A DNA stretch of 64,000 nt from positions 13,020,001-13,084,000 of the forward strand of contig OZ287750.1 in NCBI GenBank assembly GCA_965649765.1, written 5' to 3'. A model generated the notes under the pieces. That model saw only the letters and a list, made by a program, of their open reading frames with translations. It made no database searches and was not told the DNA's origin. The stretch comes from Bispira polyomma. Lineage: Eukaryota. This document shows positions 35,760-47,079 of this stretch, one piece after another (the first letter of the stretch is position 1; each line of letters starts with the position of its first letter). Position numbers and translations under genes: made by a program.

Positions 35760-36670
35760 CCTGTCTCAGTGACCTTATATGCATCATCTAACACCATTAA
35801 TCAGTGACCTAATACCATGTCTCATTGACCTTATAACATGTTTCAGTGACCATATATCATGTTTAAGTGACATCATGTTTCAGTGACCTTTTACCATGTC
35901 TCAGTTAAATACTACCATGTCTTAGTGACCTAATACTATGTATTAGAGCCTCATACCATGTGTCAGTGACATAATACCATTTCTTAGTGACCTTTTACTA
36001 TGTCTCAGTGACATAATACAACGTCTTAGTGACCTAATACCATGTTTCAGAGCCTCATACCATGTGTCAGTGACCTTATATCTTGTCTCTGTGACCTAAT
36101 ATTATGTCTAAGTGACCTAATACCATGTCTCATTGACCTTATAACATGTTTCAGTGACCATATATCATGTTTAAGTGACATCATGTTTCAGTGACCTAAT
36201 ACCATGTCTAAGTGACCTAATACCCTGTCTAAGTGACCTAATACCATGTCTCAGAGCCTCACACCATGTGTCAGGGACCTTATACCTTGTCTTAGTGACC
36301 TAATGCTATGTTTCAGTGACCTAATACCATGTCTTAGTGACTTTTTACCATGTCTGGGTGACATAATACCATGTCAGTGACCTTATATCTTGTCTCAGTG
36401 ACCTCATACTATGTCTCAGTGACATAATATCATGTCTTAGTGACATAATACCATGTAGTAGTGACCTTATACCATGTTTTACAGCCTTATACCATGTGTC
36501 AGTGACCTTATACCTTGTCTTAGTGACCTTATACTATGTCTCATAGCCTTATCCCATGTGTCAGTGAGATAATACCATGTCTCATTTACCTAATGGCATG
36601 TCTCAGAGCCTTACATAATGTCTCAGTGACTTTATATCATGTTTCAGTGACCTTATACCTTGTCTCAATG
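35760..36670. repeat. 21-bp minisatellite
   Basis: (AGTGACCTAATACCATGTCTC)n, about 40 diverged copies; followed by a 156-bp duplication at 36658-36965. Confidence 0.92.
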
Positions 36671-37024
36671 TCATTCAGCATAAGACCATGTCATATAGTT
36701 TAAGACTATGTAATGCTATAGTACCAAATTTGACCTAAAAGGTCTAGAAAGCCCACATTATCCAACAGTATTTCTACCATTCAGCATATATTTAGCCTAT
36801 TTGTGTAATCATACCTTGTTTCAATGTCATTCAGCATAAGACCCTGTCACAGTCAAAAACTATGTCATGTCATAGTACCAAATTTGACCTAAAAGGTCCA
36901 GAAAGCCTACATTATCCAACAGTATTTCTAGCATTCAGCATATATTTAGCCTATTTGTGTGATCATATGTATATCATATGTGATATGACCTGTATTTAAT
37001 TAAGATTTGTTTTTATTTAACATT

Positions 37025-37525
37025 ATTATACCTCGGCGGCGAATCCAGCGATCCTATTGGTTAAATGCGATCACGTGACATATTTCCAATATGGCCCGGG
37101 AGTCGGGGGCCATATCACTGCAGGGAGCCATATCACCTGCACAGTTTACATCACAGGATTGCTAAATCTCGCAAAATGTCGGCAATTTTTTTCAAATTCC
37201 AATTTTCTTCCACTTAAAATTTTCCACCTCAATTTTTTTTATTCCGCCGTGGTTGTTTATATACTCATCACAGGAGTTAGGGGCACCACTAAAACTCGGA
37301 GCTCCGCAAATTTCTTATTTTTTATTGAAAATTTTATTAAAAATTCTAAAAAAAAGGTTCGGTATAATAAACAGAATATAACCTGTTTGTGCGGGCAAAA
37401 CTGGGATATATGCACTCTTGGTCAGCCCAATATGGCTTTTGGGACTGACGGACTTCAAGCCATATTGTCCTGACCTCGGGTGCATATTTCCCAGTATGGC
37501 CCTCACAAACAGCTTATATTCTGAT
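37025..37525. mobile_element. Non-autonomous element ending in a ~155-bp hairpin (37371-37523)
   Basis: CAGAATATAACCTGTTTGTGCGGGC...GGTCA pairs with TGACC...GCCCTCACAAACAGCTTATATTCTG. ATTATACC (37026) and GGTATAAT (37361) bracket the body. Confidence 0.55.
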
Positions 37526-37899
37526 ACTATGAAGAAACTATTTCATGTCTGGTAATGTATAATGTTTCAATTGATGAAAGGTTCATGCATAAGTAATGAA
37601 AGGACCATTTGTGTAGGTAGTCATGTAAGATTAGGACCACCCGCTAAAAAAGAGACCACTTTCTGTAGGAAAACACAAAAAACGGTCCTTTTGCTACCAT
37701 TGTGCTATCGATCTTTCTATATCAAAGCTCCATACACTGGTATTACAACTGTTAACTAGTAATTTTACCGAATAACTATTCTTCACATTAAATATATGGT
37801 AAATACTTTAAAAAGTAGACGTTAATTTTTGCTATCTACAGTATCAACTATGTTTCGAAAATTTTCTATTCTCAGCTACAGAAAGTCTGAGCTGCCATT

Positions 37900-38280
37900 T
37901 ATTTTTTTATTAAATTAGTAACTGGTATCTTCAGGTTACTTTACTGAGTGGTATATAAAAGATACTAGCTGCTATCTACAAGTTACTAACTAGTTATCTT
38001 CAAGTTAATAACTAGTACTAGTACAAGTTACTAACTGGTTTCTACAAATTAGTAATTAGTATCTACAAGTTAGTATCTGGTATCTACAAGTTAGTAACTG
38101 TTATCTACAAGTTAGTAATTAGTATCTACAAGTTAGTATCTGGTATCTACAAGTTAGTAACTGTTAGCTACAAGTTGGTAATTGGTATCTACAAGTTAGT
38201 AACTGTTATCTACAAGTTAGTAACTGGCTTCTACAAATTATTACACACCAGTTTATTTACTGGTATCTACAGCTTATTAT
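37900..38280. repeat. 21-bp minisatellite (unrelated to 35760-36670)
   Basis: (TCTACAAGTTAGTAACTGGTA)n. Confidence 0.92.
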
Positions 38281-38354
38281 GTGGTGTGCACTAGATATGG
38301 GGTTGTAGTGGAAGCCTATTGAATTTTTAGTTTGATCTTCAGTTTCAAGGTTGA

Positions 38355-38700
38355 TGATTGACCATTCAATTTGGCTAAACTAGTGAAGTTACATAAGACC
38401 ACTCAACTTGGCCACACTAGTGAAGTTATAAAGGACCACTCAATTTGGCCACACTAGTGAAATTACATAAGACCACTCAACTTACCACACTAGTGAAATA
38501 ATGAAGGACCATTTAATTTGCTCACATTAGTGTGGTCACTTAATTTGGTCACATTAGTGAAGTTATAAAGGACCACTCAACTTGGCCACACCAGTGAAAT
38601 TATAAAGGACCACTAAACTTGGCCACACCAATGAAGTTACATCAGACCACTCAACTTGGCCACACCAGTAAAATTATAAAGGACCACTCAACTTGGAGGT
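38355..38700. repeat. 37-bp minisatellite
   Basis: (GACCACTCAACTTGGCCACACTAGTGAAGTTATAAAG)n; anchors at 38397/38434/38471. Confidence 0.92.
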
Positions 38701-38719
38701 GATATAAAGGTAAAGTCTC

Positions 38720-39372
38720 AACACTAAAGTTCATCCTTGGGGCTCACTGGGTAGTGTGGCTGGTTCATCACTGAAGTTCATCGTAGGGCTCACTGGATAG
38801 GGGCTCACTGGATAGGGACTCACTGGGTAGGGGCTGGTTAGGTCTCAGCGCTGAACTTCATCATAGGGGCTCACTGGGTAGTGTGGCTGGTTCATCACTG
38901 AACTTCAGCCTAGGCGCTCACTGGGTAGGGGCTGATTAGGTCTCAGCACTGAACTTCAGCCTAGGGGCTCACTAGGTAGGGGCTGGTTAGGTCTAAGCGC
39001 TGAACTTCAGCCTAGAGGCTCACTGGGTAGGGGTTGGTTAGGTCTCAGCGCTGAACTTTATCATAGGGGCTCACTGGGTAGGGGCTGGTTAGGTCTCATC
39101 ACTGAAGTTCATCCTAGGGGCTCACTGGGTAGTATGGCTGGTTCATCACTGAACTTCAGCGTAGGGGCTCACTGGGTAGGGGCTCACTGGGTAGTATGGC
39201 TGGTTCATCACTGAACTTCATAATAGGGGCTCACTGGGTAGGGGCTGGCTAGGTATCAGCGCTGAACTTCATCATAGTGGCTTACTGGGTATATTTTCTT
39301 TGTTCCAAATAATTCATACTCTTCTTTATATAAAATGTGGGGCTCACTGGGTCAGTGGATGGGGCTGGTTAG
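38720..39372 (-). repeat. Inverted copy of the 32780-34455 satellite
   Basis: GGGGCTCACTGGGTAGGGGCTGGTTAG monomers. Includes the reverse complement of the unique spacer found at 33712-33740. Confidence 0.95.
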
Positions 39373-40923
39373 CCCCGGGGTCTTCATCTCTTCAGCGATG
39401 AACCCCCCTCTCGTTTCTTCGAAAGCTGCAAAGCATAGAACTGCCCTGGAGTGCAGTCGTGGTGTTTTTGACTTCGAGTTCCATCGCTATTGTCTTCCTT
39501 GCTGGGAAAAACATTTGGGAGACAATTTGTGTGTTGTGGGCCAACCTGAAGATTGTTATGTGTGCCTCGTGATAACAGAGGAGCAGAGTAAACGTTTGAA
39601 GAGTAGGGCTGCTAAGATTAGAAGGTGAGAGAAGGGAGGAGTGATCTTTAACAGAGGTCGTTCCTACCCAGAACCCTCAGACCTCTACGACAGGTATGGA
39701 CTCAACTCTTTAAGCAATTATAGCTCAACTCGCCACCATTTTGGATCAACTTTCCAAAGTCGAGTCGGGAAATGGGTTAGGTACTACTTCTGTGCAGAGT
39801 GACGAAGGTGAATTGTCGCCCCATGATTCAGCTGTGTCTGGTACTAGGAAGAGAGTGAGGATTGATTTTCCATAAGCTATGGATGTGGACAAGGATAAGG
39901 ATGAGAAAGTTGAAGAAAATGACCCTAGTTATAGGCAATTGCTGGCAACTGTTCGTCAGGTATTAGAACTGGATTCTGGAACTTCGGATTCTTAAGACCA
40001 GCCGGCTAAAATTTTAGGTAGTGGTAAATCAAAACGACCTAGCCTTTTACCCATGAGTTTGCCACCAGTAGAGAAAGTAGAGCAGAGGTGGAAATACTAT
40101 GTAGCTCTTGCTGCTCGGAAACCTGATGCAGACAAGCCTGAGGTTTTAGGTTCAACTCCCCTTAACGGGGGTGAGTTTTTAACCTTCAATAGACCTAAGT
40201 CTTCCAAAGAGTATTTTGCCTTATCAGCACCAAAAAGTCAAGATGTGTTTAAGGGATTGGCGAAATTACAAATTGGCTACTACTTACTATTTGCCTGGTC
40301 ATCAACTGATGAATGTGGAAACTGTGTTGAGAGAAAATTTCAACAAAAGATTTTGTCTTTTGTTAGTCAATTTGTGAGGACTATAGAAAAGTCTTTATCT
40401 GATGGAGCTGGTAGTTTGGATTCTTTGGTAGATAAAGTTAGATACTGAGACTCAAAGAATAGATATGAATGAGGCAACTACTCATCTACAGATTACCCAA
40501 TCATGCTTGTCGTCTATGGACAAAGCTCTTGAGACTACTGTTGATTCTTCTATTGCTTTAGCCTGTAATTTACAGTTGGCTAGAAGGGATAATATCTTAA
40601 AATACAATGCTCCACATCTCACTGACCAAGTCTAACAGGTTGAGAAGGACAGGATTTTCTACTCAAGATTCGTTTGCACCTGGTACTTTGGATGAAATTA
40701 AAAAGAAAGTCTCTAAGTCAAGGTCACCCAAGAAAGCAAGATTTGATACTACTTATCATCAGAAGTCAGCTTACGAAAATTATTCACAGAGTTCTCATCA
40801 GAGTGTGCCCCCGGCGAAACAGTCATCATACCGAGGTGGTCACAACCAAAGTTATAGGGCCAACAAGTCTGGCTCGTTTTCCTCCAGTTCTACAATTCGT
40901 GGGGGAATAGGGCATCGTGGGTG
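39335..40923 (+). pseudogene. DIRS gag (ORF1) remnant
   Basis: Cys/His finger CSRGVFDFEFHRYCLPC...GDNLCVV...CYVC; LQLARRDNIL; basic Ser/Arg/Gly-rich C-terminus; multiple stops. Confidence 0.75.
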
Positions 40924-40929
40924 ACGATT

Positions 40930-43030
40930 ACAGCCGAGGAGGATATGGGGACCGCTTGCAAAGCTACTGCCAAGTATGGGAGAACCTAAATTGTCACCTC
41001 GAGTTGTGCTGATTCTGAAGCAGGGCTATCGAATAGTCTTGCGTTCGAGAATCCCATTGGCGATATTACCCACAATTCGCAGCGGATATACAAACAAAGA
41101 GATGGAACTATCTTTAAGAGAGTGCATATTGCTAATGCTAGAAAAAAGAGCTATAGTTCCTGTTTCAGACAGCACAACTCTAGGATTTTACAGTCGTTTG
41201 TTCCTAGTTCCGAAACCAAATAAAAAATGGCGTCCTGCGATAGATCTTTTTAAACCTCCATTTATATGTCCCAACTTTCAAAATGGAAACGGCAGAGGTT
41301 AAACAAAATTCACTGAAACAGGCGGAATGGGTAGCATCTTAAGATTTGACAGATGCGTATTTCCATGGCCCAAGACATCCAGACTCTCAGAAACTGCTTC
41401 GATTCAATGTCTGAAACCAATCTTTTTCAAGCTTTTTTTTTAAACCAATTTCGGGCTCTTCCGTTGGGAATAGCAACAGCCCCTCTCGAATTTGCCCGGA
41501 TTGCCAGAGAGACGAAGTTAGTACTGCAAACGCATGGTGTCCAAATACATTAGTACATAGACGATTGGCTAATTCGATCAGAATCTCAGCAAGTAAGTCA
41601 AATTCAGATACAACGGATGATTCATATAGTAGAGTGTATGGGTTCGGTGATCAATTACACAAAATCGGAGCTCGAATCAACTCAGGAGATCAATTTTCTC
41701 AGTTACCACTTCAATTTGGACAAGGGTTTGGTATTTCTGACCCGGAAAAGTGGAAAACGCTTACAGAATCAGTTGTGAAGTTTTAGAAAGCTCAGGTCAT
41801 CACTAAGAGAACTAATGTCCTTCATAGGGGTTATGGGCTTTTTAGAAAAGACTTCCCTTTGACAGGCTAGGGGCCGCGGTGGCCTAGTGGTTAGCAAGCA
41901 TTGCGCTTTACAATCACTGGTCTCTCACCTCTGGGCGGCGTGAGTTCGAATCCTGTCGATGCCTATGTGGGAAAGGTGGTAGTTCCTTACTGTGGGCCGC
42001 TGGTTTCTCTGCAGAACCTTGACCGACTGTATGCAGTGTTTCCTCCAGCATTTCCAACTACCCGTCCCAATATAACCTACTAATAGGTACTAGAGTGGAC
42101 GTTAAATATCCAAATTAAAATTCAAATTGACAGGCTATATTTGAGACCGTTCCAGTGGTATCTAAGAACCCATTGGCGAGTTCCTCAGTCATAAGGGATG
42201 CTGATACCTGTGTCACTCAAGTTAAAGGATCAGCTGATCTGGTGTTCGGATCCTTAAAATGTTATGATCGGGGACGAAATGTATCTTCTAGAGCACAGTA
42301 TTCAAATTTTCACAGATGCTTCCAACACAGGTTGGGGAGCTCATTTAGGAGATCTGGTAAAAAGTGGTGTTTGGCTAGATACAGAAAAAACTTTCCATAT
42401 CAATTTTCCAGAGTTGAAAGCTGTTTTTCTAGCTTTAAGGGTGTTTGCAGATTAAATTCAGGGCAAATGGGTACTTATAGCCACTGATAACATGTCTGTA
42501 GTCGCTTATCTAAACAAACATGGCGGAACTAGATCTCTAGAAATGTGTCTGCTAGTCTGGAGGATCATGGCCTTTTGCAATCCTCGCAGAATTAGGTTTC
42601 GAGCCCGTTAAATAGCAGGTTGCCTGAATGCATTAGCCGACAGCCTCTCCAGACAGGACAAAGTGATACAAACAGAGTGGTCGTTACATCCTCAAATGTT
42701 CAGGCTGCTGTGTCAAAAGCTTTACCAACCACTAGTAGATTTGTTTGCAACCAGTCAAAACCACAAACTACCTCTGTATGTATCGCCAATCCTGGATGTC
42801 CAAGCTCTAACCATAGATGCATTGAACATCTCTTGGGAGGGTCTGGACGGTTATGCCTTTTGTCCAGTTGCCTTAATTCCGAAATTAGTTAAAATAATGT
42901 TGAGATTTTGTTGTCGAATGATGGTTCTAGCCCCAGAGTGGCCAGGGATGACTTGGTTTTGGGATCTAGTAGACCTATTAGTGAAGCCACCAATACAAAT
43001 ACCTCAGTGGCCTCATCATGTTAAAACAAC
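40930..43030 (+). pseudogene. DIRS RT / RNase H / methyltransferase-like ORF remnant
   Basis: GFYSRLFLVPKPNKKWRPAIDL, DLTDAYFH, QFRALPLG, YIDDWLI, IFTDASNTGWGA, HINFPELKAV, EWSLHP...VDLFAT...YAFCP. Confidence 0.92.
41870..42126 (+). mobile_element. tRNA-derived SINE, family A (full length), inside DIRS pol
   Basis: A and B boxes, (TTCAAA) tail, and perfect 11-bp TSD TTGACAGGCTA (41859-41869 / 42127-42137). Confidence 0.93.
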
Positions 43031-43099
43031 CATTCAGTCTGTGATACCATGGTTGGCAATTGAACTTGGATCTGACACAGCACTCAAATTCTCACGGCC

Positions 43100-44363
43100 G
43101 GTGGAAGACCGAATTAAGGCACCTTAGAGACCGTCCTCAAGACGGGTCTATAAATCAAGGTGGTCCCTTTTTGAACAATGGACAAATGAGAACCAGGTGG
43201 TCTGCAAAAAGCCTACTATCCCTCAGATAGCTGATTTCTTGTTATTTTTGTTTTAAGAAAGAAATTTTAAACCTGCTACTTTGGCTGGATACCGCACTGC
43301 TATCGCAGATCATATGGGTACCTTTGGTGTAGAAGTCTCAAAAAGTCATGATTTGAATGGACTTTTGGCAAGTTTTTATAGGGATAAGCCGGTAAAGGAT
43401 AGAGGAATACCTACTTGGGATTTGTCAGTAGTACTACTAGTCCTCATGAAACCTCCTTTTGAACCTTTGAAGGAGGCTTCTCTCAAGATTTTGACCTTCA
43501 AGACTGTATTTTTGATGGTTTTAGCCTTAGGCAAGAGAAGGGGAGAGATTCATGCTTGGATTTTTTCATCTCTTAAACATAAGCCAGGATGGACTGAATT
43601 GACTGTAGCTGCATCTCCTGTCTTTTTGGCTAAAAATCAGTTAGCATCAGTTGGACCTGATTCTATAAAACCTGTGATCATTCCAGCCCCAAGACCATTT
43701 CTGGATGATTCACTTACTGAAGATATCACTTTGTGTCCAGTTAGGGCATTACGCCTATACATGGACAGGACTAAAGGTTTCAGAAAAGGAAAAAATCTGT
43801 TTATTTCTTTTAGAGAGACTTTTCCTACTGATATTAAGAGGGCTACCATCTCTTCTTGGATTAAGCAGACAATTTTGTTAGCCTGTAAGTTGGCAGATCA
43901 AGAGTTGCTTCTCTTTGTCAGGTTAAGGCTGATGATCTCAGAGCTATGGCTGCATCACTAGCTTTTCTTCACAATCACTGGTCTCTCACCTCTGGGCGGC
44001 GTGAATTCGACTCCCGTCGATGCCTATGTGGGAAAGGTGGTAGTTCCTTACTGTGGGCCGCTGGTTTCAGTGCAGAACCTTGATCAACTGTATGCAGTGT
44101 TTCCTCCAGCGTTTCCAACTACCCGTCCCAATATAACTTAAACAGTTACCAGAGTGGATGTTAAATATCCCAATTTAAAATTCAAAGCATCACTCACTTT
44201 TAAGGGAGAAGTTTCACTTGAGCAGATATTAGGTGCATGTTATTGGACTTCACATAACACCTTCACTCATTTTTACCTGAAAGACATAGCTTGGCAAGCT
44301 AAAGAGGACTCTCAGTTTACTCTACGACCTGTTGTCTCGGCTCAACATATAGCAGGCTTTTGA
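43100..44363 (+). pseudogene. DIRS tyrosine recombinase remnant (split by a SINE)
   Basis: GKRRGEIHA, LCPVRAL, KADDLRAMAASLAF|KGEVSLEQILGACYWTSHNTFTHFYLKD. The HxxR histidine is replaced by Asp. Confidence 0.9.
43967..44186 (+). mobile_element. SINE family A, 5'-truncated, inside the DIRS tyrosine recombinase
   Basis: 15-bp TSD GCATCACTAGCTTTT (43952-66) / GCATCACTCACTTTT (44187-201). Confidence 0.9.
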
Positions 44364-45223
44364 TAAGGTATTAAATGTTTTGGCATTTTTTGAGTGAATA
44401 TTTCTGGTGTTTTTTTAAATATCAGTATCTCAATGTTGTGGGTACACATGTCTTGTTCATCTCTTACAAGTGATTGTGCTGATGAGATGTTTTTGTTTGT
44501 CTCATTGCAGGGCCTTCCATGATTTGTATATTGGAAGTTTGCATGGAGAAGTGATGTCGTTCAGCTTGAGAGTGAAGCTTGAGTGCAGCTTGAGGGTAAA
44601 TGACCATGTTTTGATGTTCGTTTGTTGGATGTTTGTACAGAAACCATGTTGTGCATAGAAGTTTATTGTATACTTTTAAGGTAGGATGCTGTTTGATTTA
44701 CTTACTTCGTCAGAAGTGTTCTTGAGTAGGTTGCATATTTTATCCTCAATACTAATGCTTGATACATCAATTTTAAATTTTCTTAGGGAGATTTTCTATT
44801 TCAAAAAATAACCTTCCACCTTGAAGGTTGACTTTAAGCATTAGTGAGGATAAAATAAGGTGTATTTATCATAACAAAATGTCAAATTGTTATTGTAATT
44901 TATCTTTTTGGAAGATAAATACTTACCTTATCCTCACTAAGTCAGATCCCACCCAGCCAACCCCACTTTTAATTTTCGAAGTATATAACAAAATTAATTG
45001 TGAAGAGTTTCTCAAAAATGAGACTTGGGATTGGGATGTATGCAGGATCATGCGCAGTGAGGTTTGACGGGAAATTTAAAATTAAAAATCACAAGAATAG
45101 TTTTAGAAAAAAAGACGTAAGTGATTTTTTGGTCGAATTTTTGTGTGTACTAAATTACAGCATTAGTGAGGATAAGGTCAGTATTTATCTTCCAAAAAGA
45201 TAAATTATAATAAAATTTTCACA

Positions 45224-46440
45224 ATCTGTCTGTGTAATACTGGAAAACCTCATAATGGAGTAATTCTTCCAGGAAGGGAGTGTGTGGTGGTAATTTATTG
45301 GTGTATATTGACTTTTAGTCGTGCCTTGAACTGATCAAAGGCACTATTGACTGTTTTACTGTTGAGGTTATTCCACACTGGTATTGTTCGTGGGAAGAAT
45401 GAAAATTTGTAGGCGTGACAGTTAGATCCAATAGTTCTATACTGCCGATTGTGTTTCTTTCTGGTGAAGGTGTATGGCTGCTCCAGGTGCTCTTTTCTGC
45501 CTACTGCTACTGTTCCATTTACAATTCTGTGAAAGAAACCAAGACTAGCTTCTATTCTTCTCTGCTCTAATGTTGCCCAGCCGAGTTGTTATAACATCTG
45601 TGTTACACTGTGGCTCCAATTGTAGTCCCGGCAAACAAAACGTGCACTCCTGCATTGCACTGATTCAACCAATTTAATGTCTTTTTCTAAGTTGGAATTT
45701 CACACACATGATGCATATTCCAACTAAGAGCGAACCAGGGCTATGTATGCCAATTCTTTTAGCTCCCTGGGACAGTTGAAAAGGTTGCGGCGACAAAAAC
45801 CAAGCGTAGAGTTGACTTTATTGCATATGGCCGATATGTGTGCAGACCATTTGGCATCGTCACTGAGTAGTACTTTTAAATACGGATTTGCATGATGTTC
45901 CTCAAAGATATGGTTGCAAACAGTATCCACAGTAATTATTGAAGATCGTGTTTTGGCATCCTCATCACATAACATTTAGCGGGGTTGAAGTACATCATGC
46001 ACTTTTCAGCCCATTTTTTTTAATGCTAACAGGTCTTCTTGGAGCAAAAGTGCATCATTGACATTCCATATTGGTCTCTGTAGAAGGCTATCATATGCAA
46101 AGAGTCGGACCTGAGACTTAGCACAATCTGGAAGGTCATTGACATAACAGAGAAAAAGAAGAGGCCCCAATACTGACCCTTGGGGGACACCTGAACTGAC
46201 TGAAACTTCGGTGGAAAATTCACCATTTATAACAACTCTTTGTGTTCTATTTGAAAGGAAGGCTGTGACTCAGGAGTGTGTTTCCTGTGTGATGCCCATG
46301 GCAAATAATTTTGAGAGTAAGAGTTTATGACTGACTTTATCAAAAGTCCAGAATAGCAATGTCCATTTGTTGTTTACTGTTATAACGTTTGAATATATCA
46401 TTTATTGTTGTGATGAGTTGCGTTTCGCATGAATGATGTC
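45224..46440 (-). mobile_element. RTE/RTEX-like LINE, 5'-truncated and decayed
   Basis: HSCETQL, GVPQGSVLGP, KVNSTLGFCRRNLFNCPRELKELAYIALVRS, AYKFSFFPRTIPVWN. ACAGAT/ACAG tail remnants at 45224-45232 and 32415-32420. Confidence 0.85.
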
Positions 46441-47079
46441 TGTGATGATTTGATTGACACCACAGTTGCTGGAATAACTTTTCTAAGAGTCAAAATATAA
46501 AATATTTGTGACATAGGGGATACACACTAATAGTCCCAATTTTGTAAATAGCATAGCACCGTCTCAATTCTGACTCCCCTGCACATCTGCATTGTATGCA
46601 TTACTGTATACTTATTATTTGAATGTTGTGTATTGATAATATAGAACATTTTACATGTTTCATGCTGGGATATCAGCAGCTAAGAGTCAAAATATTAAAT
46701 AACGACGACATAAGAGATGCATATTAATAGTCCGAATTTTATCTATAACATAGCACCGTCTCAATTCTGACTCTCTTGCACATCTACACTGCATGCATGA
46801 CTGTGCTCAAAATATTTGGTTTAGTGCTAACATAGATTCATAGGGGTAGCATAATTTTTTTTTTCCTGTCATTAAATTGGTACGCCTTGTCCCCTGGGCT
46901 ACACTAGCTAGGCCCCTGTGTATTAATACTCAATAAAATTTTGCATGTCTCTAGACAATTTAATTATTGATGTTATCTCTGTAATGTCTTCATTTGTGAT
47001 ATCATATATATGACATCATCGATTGTTGCACTTGTGTGTAGAATTGTTTACATACAATGTAATAGATGTAATTACATTA

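Larger units (their letters stand above)
32421..45223 (+). mobile_element. DIRS1-like tyrosine-recombinase retrotransposon, structurally complete but decayed
   Basis: Left ITR 32421-32620, right ITR 44985-45223, internal complementary region 44835-44940. Coding: gag 39335-40923, RT ~40930-41860, RNase H ~42140-42660, MT-like 42663-43030, YR ~43100-44363. Confidence 0.92.

Noticed and set aside
38740-39290. Repetitive peptide GSLGRGWLGLSAELQPR encoded by 51-bp monomers upstream of DIRS gag
   Set aside because: The 49-bp and 14-bp variants break the frame and introduce stops; there is no sustained ORF.
32780-39372. CRISPR-like appearance of regularly spaced, partly palindromic repeats
   Set aside because: Units are head-to-tail without unique spacers, there are no cas genes, and the DNA is eukaryotic.
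39335-44363. A domesticated or functional RT-methylase-recombinase system
   Set aside because: All ORFs carry stops and frameshifts, two SINE insertions and a mutated HxxR motif. The domain set is the established DIRS1 complement.
32464-45203. Similar peptides from ORFs 32464-32706 (-) and 44828-45203 (+), suggesting duplicated genes
   Set aside because: They are translations of the two DIRS inverted terminal repeats.
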